DNA from: Alphaproteobacteria bacterium
GTDB lineage: Bacteria; Pseudomonadota; Alphaproteobacteria; UBA828
Reading direction: 5' to 3'
DNA: 64,000 nucleotides
NCBI GenBank assembly: GCA_965221125.1
Contig: CBDCRW010000007.1
Coordinates: forward strand, 480,001 to 544,000
Shown: positions 1-10,907 of the stretch, one piece after another
Layout: each line of letters opens with the position of its first letter
Position numbering within the stretch: the first letter of the stretch is position 1
The notes under the pieces: generated by a model
The model's input: only the letters and a program-made list of their open reading frames with translations
What the model was told of the DNA's origin: nothing
Database searches by the model: none
Made by a program: the position numbers and the translations under genes

Positions 1-363
1 GACCACCCAGAGGGTCTGCGGCAGCCGCTCGATGATGAGGTCGACGACGGGGCTCCGCGTCGCCCAGGAGCGCACGCGCAGGCGCGACTCCGAATCGCCG
101 ATCTCGACGCCGAAGGCCTGCTCGACGAGGTTGAGCGGCTCGTTGACGAAGAACTGCTCCATCCACTTGGCGTAGCGGATGTGGAAGGGCTGCCCGAGCC
201 CGAGGGATTCGCGGATCTGCTCGCGCGCTTCCGCCGGGATGGTGAGCGGGAGCTGGCCGGTGGGGTCGTTGGGCGCGAGGTCGAGGAGGGCGAAGAGGAT
301 GAAGCTGATCGCGATCAGCGTCGGGATCGCGAAAAGCAGCCGGCGGACGATGTAGTGGGTCAT
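1..363 (-). CDS. Dipeptide/oligopeptide ABC permease (DppB-like), N-terminal part; runs off the window
   Basis: Read by hand from ATG at 363: MTHYIVRRLLFAIPTLIAISFILFALLDLAPNDP...ERLPQTL, a typical DppB N-terminus; downstream of a dppA-like gene. Confidence 0.9.
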   Translation of the reverse strand, partial: MTHYIVRRLLFAIPTLIAISFILFALLDLAPNDPTGQLPLTIPAEAREQIRESLGLGQPFHIRYAKWMEQFFVNEPLNLVEQAFGVEIGDSESRLRVRSWATRSPVVDLIIERLPQTLWVV

Positions 364-436
364 CGAATGCGCGGAGAGGGGAGGCGTAGCGCGCAAAGAA
401 ACACCCCCTCCTCACCCCGGCCCTCTCCTCCCCCGA

Positions 437-1608
437 GGATTCCTCTGCGAAAGTGGGTTTGCGGATTGGGTGGCATGTGATTCGTTGCTGCAGCGATGGG
501 GAGGTCGATTCGATGAGCGGCACGGGTCAGCTGGGGTTTGCGGAAGCGTTCATGTCTGCGGGGCTGGGGACAAACCGGAAGCTGGAGCGTCTGGACGCCC
601 TGATCGACTGGTCTCGGCTGGAGCGTCTGGCGTCGCGTGTGCGCGAGGGACGCCGGGGTCGTCCGCCCTATGCGCCGCTGGCGATGCTGAAGGCTCTCTA
701 TCTTCAGGCGCTCTACGACCTTTCGGACCCCGGCCTGGAGGAGGCGCTGCTGGACCGGCTCTCGTTCCGGCGCTTCTGCGGCTTTGCGCTGGATGGCGGC
801 ACGCCGGACGAGACCACGATCTGCCGCTTCCGCGCGGACGCGGGCGCGGTCCTGGAGGCGGCGTTCGAGGAGATCAACCGTCAGCTGGATGCCGCCGGCC
901 TGATCCTGCGCAAGGGCACGCTGATGGACGCGACGTTGGTGGCCTCGGCCTCGCGGCCTCCGCCCTACAAGGCGGGTGCGGGTGCCGGGCACCCACGGGA
1001 GAGGGGCGCGGGCTGGACGCGGAAGAAGGGCCGCGGCTTCTTCGGCTACAAGGCGCATCTGGGCGTCGACCAGGGCTCCGGTCTGATCCGTCGCTTGGTG
1101 CTGAGCTCGGCCAAGACTTACGAGAGCGAGGTTGCGGATCGGCTGATCTGCGGCGACGAGGGGGCGGTCTATGGCGACCGCGCCTACGAGGGCAAGCCGC
1201 GACGGGCGAGGCTCAAGGCCTGCGGCGTCAAGGACCGCATCATGCACCGGCGCAACAAGCATATGGCGTCGCTGCCACCCTGGCAGCAGCGCCGCAACGA
1301 TCTCATTGCCAGGCGCCGGGCGCCGGTGGAGGCGGTCTTCTCGGCGCTGAAGCGGCTCTACGGGCTGAGGCGGGCGAAGAGCCTCACGCTCGAGAGGAAC
1401 ACCGCCCGCCTCTACGCCGTTGCCACCGCCTACAACCTGCGCCGCGCCAGCCTGATTGCGGGCTGCTGACCGACCAGTGCGCCCGCAAACCGCCTCCTCA
1501 GACACGAAATCGTCCAACGACGGCAGCACCACAACCGCCTCCATCAACACCGCCCAGCGCCAAAACCTTCCCAAAACATCCCGCCGAGCCCGTTTCGCAG
1601 AGGAATCC
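437..1608 (+). mobile_element. IS5-family insertion sequence (~1.17 kb)
   Basis: Perfect 16-bp terminal inverted repeats GGATTCCTCTGCGAAA (437-452) / TTTCGCAGAGGAATCC (1593-1608) enclosing a transposase. Confidence 0.92.
513..1469 (+). CDS. IS5-family DDE transposase
   Basis: Motifs GRPPY, LYDLSDPGLEE, PDETTICRFR, MDATLV, FGYKAHLGVD, GDRAY, R.PVEAVF; GGAGG upstream of ATG 513. Confidence 0.95.
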   Translation: MSGTGQLGFAEAFMSAGLGTNRKLERLDALIDWSRLERLASRVREGRRGRPPYAPLAMLKALYLQALYDLSDPGLEEALLDRLSFRRFCGFALDGGTPDETTICRFRADAGAVLEAAFEEINRQLDAAGLILRKGTLMDATLVASASRPPPYKAGAGAGHPRERGAGWTRKKGRGFFGYKAHLGVDQGSGLIRRLVLSSAKTYESEVADRLICGDEGAVYGDRAYEGKPRRARLKACGVKDRIMHRRNKHMASLPPWQQRRNDLIARRRAPVEAVFSALKRLYGLRRAKSLTLERNTARLYAVATAYNLRRASLIAGC

Positions 1609-1785
1609 CAGGGGCGGAGAGGGGGTACGGGCGGTTCCGCCTGCGTCCCCCCTCCGCCCTTCAGGGGGGAGGGGAACAGGGGGAGGTGGGTGTCGGGCCC
1701 CTACGGCGTGCGCGCAGGGCGCGAGTCTTCCGACCTCTCGGTCGGACAGCCTCGCACAGATCATGACACTGGCGAAAATTTCTGG

Positions 1786-3498
1786 CTAACGGTGCCAGTC
1801 CGCGATGTTCCAGAGCTCCGAATCCCACGCGTTCACGCGCACGCCCTTGAGCGTGTTCGCATGAGCCGAAATCCTCGCCCGCCAGATGAGCGGGATCAGG
1901 TACTGGTTCTGCACGATGATGTCGTTCATCCGCTTGGCGATGGCGGCGCGCTCGTCGAGTGCGGCGGTCACGGCCAACTCGGCGGCAAGGGCGTCGTACT
2001 CGGCGTTGCAGACGCGCGGGATGTTGCTGCCGAGCCACTGGTTGTCGGGCCCCGGGATCTCCGAGCACAGCCAGTTGGCCATGTAGGACTCGGGGTCCAC
2101 GCCGTCGAAGTTGTTCGTGTACATCTGGATGTCGGCGTAGAACTTCATGTAGGTGTCGGGGCTCGCCGGGTCGCCGCCGAAGAAGACCGCGGCGTCGATG
2201 TTGCGAAGCTCGGTCTCGACCCCGATCTGCCCCCACATCTGCTTGATGAGCGCTTGCGTGCCCTGGCGCACGGAGTTGGTGGAGGTCTGGTAGAGGATGG
2301 AGAGGCGGACGCCGTCCTTCTCTCGCACGCCGTCCTCGCCCGGCAGCCAGCCGGCCGCGTCCAGGATGCGGTTGGCCTCCTCGATGTTCTGCGTCGCACA
2401 CGCGTCGTTCGCGTCGGATGCGTAGACGGGTGGCGCCGGCAGCACGTTGCAGGTGACCTGGCCGGCCGCGCCATAGCCGAAATCGACCAGGATCTGGCGG
2501 TCGATGGCCAGTGACAGCGCGCGGCGCACCGCCGGATCCGAGAGGAAGGGGTGCGGATTGGTGCCGTCGAGGTGGAGCGAGCGCGCGTCCTTGCCGAGGT
2601 CGGCGGAGTTGTTGGTCTGGTTCACGACCAGGCGCTCCACCATCGTGCCGAAGCCGGCGACGACCGTCCCCTTGCCGTTGGCCACCATCTGCTCCAGCAC
2701 CTCGGGCTCGATCTGCAGGTTCCAGGCGTAGTCGAACTCGCCGGTCGACAGCACGGCGCGCGCGGCGGAGGTCGCGTCGCCGCCGCCCTTGAAGGTGACG
2801 GTGGCGAAGGCGGGCTTGTCGGGCTCGCGATAGTTCTCGTTGGCCGAGAAGACGATCACGTCGTTGGCGCGGAACTCGTCGACCTTGAAGGGGCCGGTAC
2901 CGATGGGGCCGAAATTCTGCTCCGTGCAGGTCTGCGCCCTGGCGCCGGTGCAGTTCTCGAACTGCGCCTTCTGCAGGATCGGCGAGGTGGAGCCGACGAA
3001 GGGGCCGTAGGGGAAGGGCTTGGCCACGCCGAAATGGACGCGCACGGTGTGGTCGTCCAGCGCCTCGACGCCGGTGACGTCGGTGAAGCTGGAGAGGGGG
3101 TTGCAGCCCATCTCCTCGTTGAGGCAGTACGCGGCGGAGAACGCCACGTCGGCGGCGGTGAACGGCGTGCCGTCGGACCAGACGACGTCCTGGCGGAGCG
3201 GCCAGGTGATGGACATGAGGTCGGCCGCCACGCCGCCGTTCTCCACGGTGGGGATGTCGGCGGCGAGCGCGGGCACCATCGTGCCCGTGTCGTCGTAGCG
3301 GGCCAGCGGCTCGAGCACGAGGGAGGCGGCCTCGATGTCCTTGGTGCCGCCGGAGAGGTAGGGATTGACGGTGGAGACCGCCTGCCAATAGAGGATCTTC
3401 AGGTGGCCGTCGCGGCCGCGCTCGGCGAGCGCCGCAGTCGCGAGCGTCGCCGTCGCGAGCGCGGTAATCGCCAGACCCAGCAGGCATTTCCTGATCAT
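1786..3498 (-). CDS. Peptide ABC transporter substrate-binding protein (family 5)
   Basis: Signal peptide MIRKCLLGLAITALA..., WSDGTPFTAADV, GTGPFKV, VRRALSLAIDR; GGAGG RBS. Confidence 0.93.
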   Translation of the reverse strand: MIRKCLLGLAITALATATLATAALAERGRDGHLKILYWQAVSTVNPYLSGGTKDIEAASLVLEPLARYDDTGTMVPALAADIPTVENGGVAADLMSITWPLRQDVVWSDGTPFTAADVAFSAAYCLNEEMGCNPLSSFTDVTGVEALDDHTVRVHFGVAKPFPYGPFVGSTSPILQKAQFENCTGARAQTCTEQNFGPIGTGPFKVDEFRANDVIVFSANENYREPDKPAFATVTFKGGGDATSAARAVLSTGEFDYAWNLQIEPEVLEQMVANGKGTVVAGFGTMVERLVVNQTNNSADLGKDARSLHLDGTNPHPFLSDPAVRRALSLAIDRQILVDFGYGAAGQVTCNVLPAPPVYASDANDACATQNIEEANRILDAAGWLPGEDGVREKDGVRLSILYQTSTNSVRQGTQALIKQMWGQIGVETELRNIDAAVFFGGDPASPDTYMKFYADIQMYTNNFDGVDPESYMANWLCSEIPGPDNQWLGSNIPRVCNAEYDALAAELAVTAALDERAAIAKRMNDIIVQNQYLIPLIWRARISAHANTLKGVRVNAWDSELWNIADWHR

Positions 3499-3555
3499 GT
3501 CGCGGTCCTCCGGTTGGGGGGAGGGCAGCGCGCTTCGGAGCACGCGTCGCCAATA

Positions 3556-3650
3556 TTCCGCCATCACTCCGCCAGGTGACAAGCGACCTGATGGCCGGGG
3601 CGGAGCGTGCGCCATTCGGGCGGCCGCTCCGAGCACTCGGGCACAGCGAC
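3556..3650. repeat. Direct repeat copy 1: orphan duplicate of the 3' end of the dppF-like gene
   Basis: 3556-3622 is identical to 4388-4454 (67 bp); similarity continues to ~3650/4482; encodes ...[17 protein letters not shown]. Confidence 0.95.
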
Positions 3651-3760
3651 AGCGCTCGGCGTTTGCGGCCATCCTGGCTGATACCGCATCTTCCGAGGGT
3701 CAACATAGCCCACCACAAGACGTGTCCACGGAATTCGGGACTGCATCGCTGAACATTCTA

Positions 3761-4336
3761 TCAACACTCGACCACCGACATTTCGCCAATTGGCTCGAGT
3801 GGTTCGGGCATACCTTTGTCAATCAAGAACTCCGGAATGCTAACGTACCCCATGCGAATTAAGAATTCTGGCAGGTTCGAATGAAATAGATCGCATGTGA
3901 TTATGTCAAGACCATTTAGCGAGTCAAATATACGATTCTCCACTATTTCACGAGCTTTATCCTTCAGCATACCACCAGTTAGGAGGTCAAGCAACTCTTC
4001 GCTCAAATAGGCGGTATGACTAATAACATCCAACGCGGACGCCCTGTCATGCTCGCTGTATTCATCTAATTGTTTCAAGCGATTGGCGTGATATAGCTTC
4101 TGGAACAGTTCATTCTGTTCCTGTGAAATACTATCATACAGCTGCCTTACTCGAATGTAAGTGTTGAACTGTAAATCCATACTCTGTCGATCTAATGCGG
4201 TGGCTTGTTGTTCCAATGCTGTGGTTTGTCGGTCCAATGATCGCCAGTTGGCAATCAATGTTAGTACAGCAACTGTCAGCATAATCCAACTTAGAATATG
4301 ACCCGTTCTCGAGATGAGCGACGATCTCACTGACAT
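3761..4336 (-). CDS. Low-GC hypothetical protein with N-terminal membrane anchor and coiled-coil
   Basis: 191-aa ORF in AT-rich DNA with a GGAG RBS; hydrophobic ILSWIMLTVAVLTLIA then LDRQTTALEQQATALDRQ. Confidence 0.75.
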   Translation of the reverse strand: MSVRSSLISRTGHILSWIMLTVAVLTLIANWRSLDRQTTALEQQATALDRQSMDLQFNTYIRVRQLYDSISQEQNELFQKLYHANRLKQLDEYSEHDRASALDVISHTAYLSEELLDLLTGGMLKDKAREIVENRIFDSLNGLDIITCDLFHSNLPEFLIRMGYVSIPEFLIDKGMPEPLEPIGEMSVVEC

Positions 4337-4395
4337 TGCTTTGACTCCGAATTGTAATGGTCAGCGTTAAACCGGCCTCCCCGTATTTTCCGCCA

Positions 4396-6382
<1,987 letters not shown>

Positions 6383-6543
6383 CGGGCGGCTCCGTCTGTC
6401 CTCTTCGGCCGCGGTTATGTTCCGACCTCCGCGGTCTTCATGCATGCCGAGCATATGCCCTGCGATTCTAACCGTGGCGCGATCCGGCATGCTAGTCTCC
6501 CGCGCCCGGTGCGAGGCGGGCGCGGACGGATGGCGGGGCGAGA

Positions 6544-7743
6544 ATGACAGTGCGTGGCAGGGAGCGGCTCGGGTCGGCCGACATCGTGGTGGTCGGCGCC
6601 GGGATCATGGGGGCGAGCATCGCCTTTCAGCTCACGCGGCAGTCGGGCCGCAAGGTGGTGGTGGTCGACGAGCGGCCGCCGGTGGGCGGCATGTCGGGCC
6701 GCACCTTCGGGCAGATCCGCCAGCACTACTCCAACGCGCTGATGGTCGAGATGGCCATCCGGGGCTTCGAGGTGCTGAACAACTGGCAGACCGAGGTGGG
6801 CGTCGGCGATCCGGGCTACGTGAAGCTCGGCTACATGCTGCTGGTCGTCGAGGCGCAGGTGGAGGCCTGCCGGCGCAACGTCGACCTCGGCCGCCAGCTT
6901 GGCGTCGACACGCGCTTCGCGAGCCCCGACGAGATCAAGGCGCTGGAGCCCGCGCTGGTGACCGACGATCTCGCCGGCGGCGCGTGGGAGCCCAACGGCG
7001 GCTACATCGACGTGACCCGCATGGTGCTGAGCTGGCTGGGCGCGGCGCAGGCGGCAGGGGCGACGCTGCATTCCGGCCTCCGGGTGGAGGGGATCGCCAC
7101 GGCGGACGGGCGCGTGGCGGGCGTGGATACGGCCGAAGGGCGCATCGAGGCGCCTGTGGTGGTCTGCGCGGCCGGGGCGTGGAGCAGCGACCTGCTGGCG
7201 CCCATCGGCGTCGCTGCGCCGATCGAGCGCCGGCGCCTCGACATGGCCTATCTCGAGCAGCCGCCCGGCCGACCCACGATCCGCACCTGCATCACCGACG
7301 GCAACTCCAACGTGGTGATGCGCCCCGACATGGGGCCCTACCTGCTGGCGGTGGCCTACCCCAACGAGATGCCGGAGGTCGCCGACCCTGCCGCGCCCGC
7401 GCCGGCGGAGGACGAGGCGCGGCACCGGACGCGCCTCGACAAGGCGCTGGCCGAACGGCTGCCTGACTTTGTGGACGCGAAGGTCGTGCGCACGGTCTCC
7501 GGCGCCTACGACATCACGCCGGACTTCCATCCCATCCTCGGCTGGGCGCCGGGGCTCGACGGGCTCTATCTGGCGGCCGGTTTCTCCGGCCACGGGTTGA
7601 AACTCTCGCCGGCGGTGGGGGAATGCGTCGCCGCCGCCGTGCTTGAGACCGAATCGCCGTTCGACATCCGCCCGCTCAGGCCGTCCCGCTTCGCCGACGG
7701 CGAGCCGATGTACCTCGCCTACGGCCCCTCAGCCCGCGCCTGA
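6544..7743 (+). CDS. FAD-dependent oxidoreductase (DAO/sarcosine oxidase beta-like)
   Basis: VVGAGIMG, YDITPDFHPILG, GFSGHGLKLSPAVG. Confidence 0.88.
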   Translation: MTVRGRERLGSADIVVVGAGIMGASIAFQLTRQSGRKVVVVDERPPVGGMSGRTFGQIRQHYSNALMVEMAIRGFEVLNNWQTEVGVGDPGYVKLGYMLLVVEAQVEACRRNVDLGRQLGVDTRFASPDEIKALEPALVTDDLAGGAWEPNGGYIDVTRMVLSWLGAAQAAGATLHSGLRVEGIATADGRVAGVDTAEGRIEAPVVVCAAGAWSSDLLAPIGVAAPIERRRLDMAYLEQPPGRPTIRTCITDGNSNVVMRPDMGPYLLAVAYPNEMPEVADPAAPAPAEDEARHRTRLDKALAERLPDFVDAKVVRTVSGAYDITPDFHPILGWAPGLDGLYLAAGFSGHGLKLSPAVGECVAAAVLETESPFDIRPLRPSRFADGEPMYLAYGPSARA

Positions 7744-7753
7744 GCGCGCCGAG

Positions 7754-8125
7754 TCAAGGGTCGCGGCTGAGGCCGCGCTCTTCCAGCGCGTCGAGGTAGG
7801 TCTGCCAGATCGCCTCGCGATTCTCGCCCAGGTGGCGCAGGTAGGACCAGGTGTAGATGCCGGTGGTGTGCAGATCGTCGAAGTGGAGGCGGACGGCGTA
7901 GTTGCCCACCGGCTCGATCAGGGTGATGCCGACGTGGCGGCGGCCGGGGACGATGGTCTTGCCCTCGCCGTGGCCCCGCACCTCGGCCGACGGGCTCTCG
8001 ACGCGCAGCAGCTCCGCCGGCAGGCTGCAGCAGAGGTGGTCGTCGTAATCGATCTCGAGGGTCTTCTCGGCGCTCCTGTAGCGGATCTCGACCGGCCAGG
8101 GCTGATCCTCGAAGGGTGTGCTCAC
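7754..8125 (-). CDS. DUF971 (GBBH-like N-terminal) protein
   Basis: [34 protein letters not shown]. Confidence 0.9.
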   Translation of the reverse strand: MSTPFEDQPWPVEIRYRSAEKTLEIDYDDHLCCSLPAELLRVESPSAEVRGHGEGKTIVPGRRHVGITLIEPVGNYAVRLHFDDLHTTGIYTWSYLRHLGENREAIWQTYLDALEERGLSRDP

Positions 8126-8316
8126 TCGTCCTCCTCCAGCGGCCGGGCTTCGTCAGGCAGCATGATCGGGATGCCGTCCCGAATCGGGAAGGCGAGCTTG
8201 GCGCGGTCGCTGATCAGCTCCTGCCGCTCGGCGTCGTAGCGGAGCGACTCCTTGGTGATCGGGCAGACCAGGATTTCCAGCAGCTTGGGGTCGACGGTGG
8301 CGCGTTCCTCCGTCAT
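8122..8316 (-). CDS. Trm112-family protein
   Basis: [14 protein letters not shown]...[16 protein letters not shown]. Confidence 0.92.
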   Translation of the reverse strand: MTEERATVDPKLLEILVCPITKESLRYDAERQELISDRAKLAFPIRDGIPIMLPDEARPLEEDE

Positions 8317-8330
8317 CGCAGCAGCCTCCC

Positions 8331-8996
8331 TCACTGCATCCGCGCGCGCGGCCCGGACGCGGCGTGGGCCGACATCTCGAACAGCGCTTGCATCATGGCG
8401 AGGCGCTCGCTCTCGGCCTCGCACTCCAGGAGCGCCTGCTTCTCGTTCGGCTCGAAGGGGCAGGCCATGGCGAGGCAGGTGACGAGGGCGTCGTCGTTGG
8501 CACGGTCGATCGCGTCCCAGTCGGCGGTGAGCCCGTGGTGCTCGAAATAGGAGCGGAGCGCCGGCAGCAGGCGGTCGCGGTCGACCGTGAGCGGCGCGGG
8601 CTCCGGCAGGTCGCCGGCGAAGCGGCTGTAGTCCGCGCTGACCCGGCGGTAGAGCAGGCCGTCCTGATCGATTTCGCGGGTGATGGCGAAGCGGCAGACG
8701 CCGGTCAGCGTAATCAGGAAGCGGTTGTCCGGCGTCTCGGAGAACGACGTGATGCGCCCGGCGCAGCCGACCGGGTAGACCTCGGGCGCGGCGACGTTGG
8801 CCTTGGGGTCCGCCGGCTGGATCATGCCGACCATCTGGTGCGACGCCATCGCGTCCTGCGTCATCTGCAGGTAGCGCGGCTCGAAGATGTTGAGCGGGAG
8901 CCGCCCGCGTGGCAGCAGCATCACGCCCGGCAGCGGGAAGATCGGGATGACGCGCGGCAGGTCGTCGATGCCGCCCGCTTCGTTGCCGGCGCTCAC
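8331..8996 (-). CDS. LON peptidase substrate-binding domain protein
   Basis: [11 protein letters not shown]...[17 protein letters not shown]; GTG start inferred. Confidence 0.9.
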   Translation of the reverse strand: MSAGNEAGGIDDLPRVIPIFPLPGVMLLPRGRLPLNIFEPRYLQMTQDAMASHQMVGMIQPADPKANVAAPEVYPVGCAGRITSFSETPDNRFLITLTGVCRFAITREIDQDGLLYRRVSADYSRFAGDLPEPAPLTVDRDRLLPALRSYFEHHGLTADWDAIDRANDDALVTCLAMACPFEPNEKQALLECEAESERLAMMQALFEMSAHAASGPRARMQ

Positions 8997-9004
8997 GTCT
9001 CGCC

Positions 9005-9910
9005 TCAGGAGAACAGGATCGAGGAGAGCTTGCGGCGGCCGGCGACGGTGAGCGGGTCCGCGTGGCCGATGGCCTCGAACAGCTTGAGAAGCTGCTGGCG
9101 CGCCGCCTCTTCGTTCCACTGCCGATCCCGGCGGATGATCTCGATCAGCTCGTCGATGGCCTGCTCGTTGCGCCCCGCGCCGTGGTGGGCCATGGCGAGG
9201 TCGAAGCGCACCTGGTGATTGGCGGGGTCCTGGGCGAGCTGGGCCTGAAGCTGGGCGGTGTCGCCGTCGGCCTCGCCGGCCTGCTCGGCGAGCGAGAGCG
9301 CCGAAATCGCGCCTTCGACGTCGGCGTCCTTCAGCGCGTCGTCGTCGAGCCCGTCCACCAGCTCGCGCGCTTCTTCGAGATCGCCGGCGGCGACGAGGCA
9401 GCGCACCAGCCCCGCGATCGCCGCGGTCTCACCCGGCACCTGCCGCAGGATCTGGGCGTAGATGTTCGACGCGGCGGCATGGTCGCCGGCGTCCAGCGCC
9501 TGCTTGGCCTGCTCCAGGGCCTGCTCAAGCGGCGAGGGGCCCATCGGGCCGACCAGCCGCTCCACGAAGCGCTTGATCTGGCTTTCCGGCTGGGCCCCCA
9601 TGAAGCCGTCGACCGGCTGGCCCTGCTGGAAGGCGAAGACGGCCGGAATCGACTGGATGCGGAGCTGCTGCGCGATCTCCGGGTTCTCGTCGATGTTGAT
9701 CTTGACCAGCGACACCTTGCCGCCGGCGTCCCTCACCGTCTTTTCCAGGATCGGCGCAAGCTGCTTGCAGGGGCCGCACCAGGGCGCCCAGAAATCGACG
9801 ATCACGGGGGTCTGGTGCGACGCTTCGATCACGTCGGCAGCGAAGCTCTGGGTCGTCGCGTCCTTCGGCTGCGCTGCGCCGCCGGCCGCCTGGCCGATGA
9901 GGGGATCCAT
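9005..9910 (-). CDS. cnoX: Thioredoxin-TPR chaperedoxin (CnoX/YbbN)
   Basis: [14 protein letters not shown]-like C-terminus ending [11 protein letters not shown]. Confidence 0.9.
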   Translation of the reverse strand: MDPLIGQAAGGAAQPKDATTQSFAADVIEASHQTPVIVDFWAPWCGPCKQLAPILEKTVRDAGGKVSLVKINIDENPEIAQQLRIQSIPAVFAFQQGQPVDGFMGAQPESQIKRFVERLVGPMGPSPLEQALEQAKQALDAGDHAAASNIYAQILRQVPGETAAIAGLVRCLVAAGDLEEARELVDGLDDDALKDADVEGAISALSLAEQAGEADGDTAQLQAQLAQDPANHQVRFDLAMAHHGAGRNEQAIDELIEIIRRDRQWNEEAARQQLLKLFEAIGHADPLTVAGRRKLSSILFS

Positions 9911-9953
9911 ACCCGTGTGCTCCCGGCTGGAGAGTGTGCGGTTGGGCAAGAGT

Positions 9954-9982
9954 ACATGGCAGCTTGCCCCCTGCGTTGCAAG
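9954..9982 (-). promoter_or_regulatory. Possible RpoH (sigma32)-type promoter for the cnoX operon
   Basis: Minus strand CTTGCA-N16-GCCATGT resembles CTTGAA-N16-CCTATAT. Confidence 0.4.
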
Positions 9983-10086
9983 CCTGCCACGGGCATCGTG
10001 GGGGCTTCGCTCCCGAGCGCGAGAGCCGGCAGCCTGGAGGTCCGATTTCGGTTTACCGGGCCGCGCGCAGCCGATAGACCACGGCC

Positions 10087-10560
10087 ATGCCAGTTCTCCG
10101 GCAGCCGGTGCGCGCGCTCGCGCTCGTAGTCCTGTTCGCGCTTGCGGGGTTCGCGTCGCCCGCCGCGGCGGAGGGCGGCGCGCTTGAGCCGCTGACGATC
10201 GAGACCGGCGCGGGCGTCCACGCCATCGAGGTGGAGGTTGCCCGCACGGCGGCGGAGCGGGGCGTCGGCCTCATGCACCGCACGGAGCTTGCGCCCGACC
10301 GCGGCATGCTCTTCGACTTCGGTGCTGCGCGGCAGGTCACCATGTGGATGAAGAACACGCTGATCCCGCTGGACATGTTCTTCGCCGACGAAGGGGGGCG
10401 CATCGTCACCATCGCCCAGCGGACGACGCCGCTTTCCGAAAAGCGCATACCCTCGGGCCAGCCTGTCCGCTACGTGCTGGAGATGATCGGCGGCAGCGCC
10501 GAGCGGCTGGGCGTCGCGGTCGGCGACCGCCTGCGCCACGCGCTCATCGGGCAGCCATGA
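10087..10560 (+). CDS. DUF192 family exported protein
   Basis: Signal peptide, GLMHR, GMLF, MWMKNTLIPLDM.F, YVLE. Confidence 0.9.
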   Translation: MPVLRQPVRALALVVLFALAGFASPAAAEGGALEPLTIETGAGVHAIEVEVARTAAERGVGLMHRTELAPDRGMLFDFGAARQVTMWMKNTLIPLDMFFADEGGRIVTIAQRTTPLSEKRIPSGQPVRYVLEMIGGSAERLGVAVGDRLRHALIGQP

Positions 10561-10895
10561 GCGAAGCGCGGCTCAAGACCGAGGTGCTGGTGCAGGCGGG
10601 CTTCCGCTACTGCCAGCAGGCGCTGCTCGCGGCCGCGCTCAGGCGGCGGGGCGATTCGGATGCCGGCGCGCTGCTCGTCAAGGTGAGCCGGCTCGACGGC
10701 ACGGCGGCGGTGTTCGCGCGCACGCAATCGCTCGACGGCGACCTCACCTGGCGCCGCGCCACCGGAGAGGGCTGGATTCCCGAGGACGAGGCCGAGGCAA
10801 GGCTCGCGCGGGAGATCGACTTCGACCCGGACGTCTGGATCGTCGAGGTCGAGGACCCGGAGGGCCGCAACCCCTTCGCGACACTGACGGGTTGA
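10557..10895 (+). CDS. DUF1491 family protein
   Basis: MSEARLKTE...RRGD.DAGAL.VK...DFDPDVWIVEVED; ATGA overlap with the upstream gene. Confidence 0.85.
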   Translation: MSEARLKTEVLVQAGFRYCQQALLAAALRRRGDSDAGALLVKVSRLDGTAAVFARTQSLDGDLTWRRATGEGWIPEDEAEARLAREIDFDPDVWIVEVEDPEGRNPFATLTG

Positions 10896-10907
10896 GCAGC
10901 CCCCAAC

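Larger units (their letters stand above)
405..1690. repeat. REP-like GC-rich hairpin repeats; one is split by the IS5, a second lies at ~1647-1690
   Basis: CCCTCTCCTCCCC (421-433) pairs with GGGGCGGAGAGGG (1611-1623) across the IS; related CCCCTCCGCCCTTCAGGGGGGAGGGG...GGGGGAGGTGGG follows. Confidence 0.6.
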
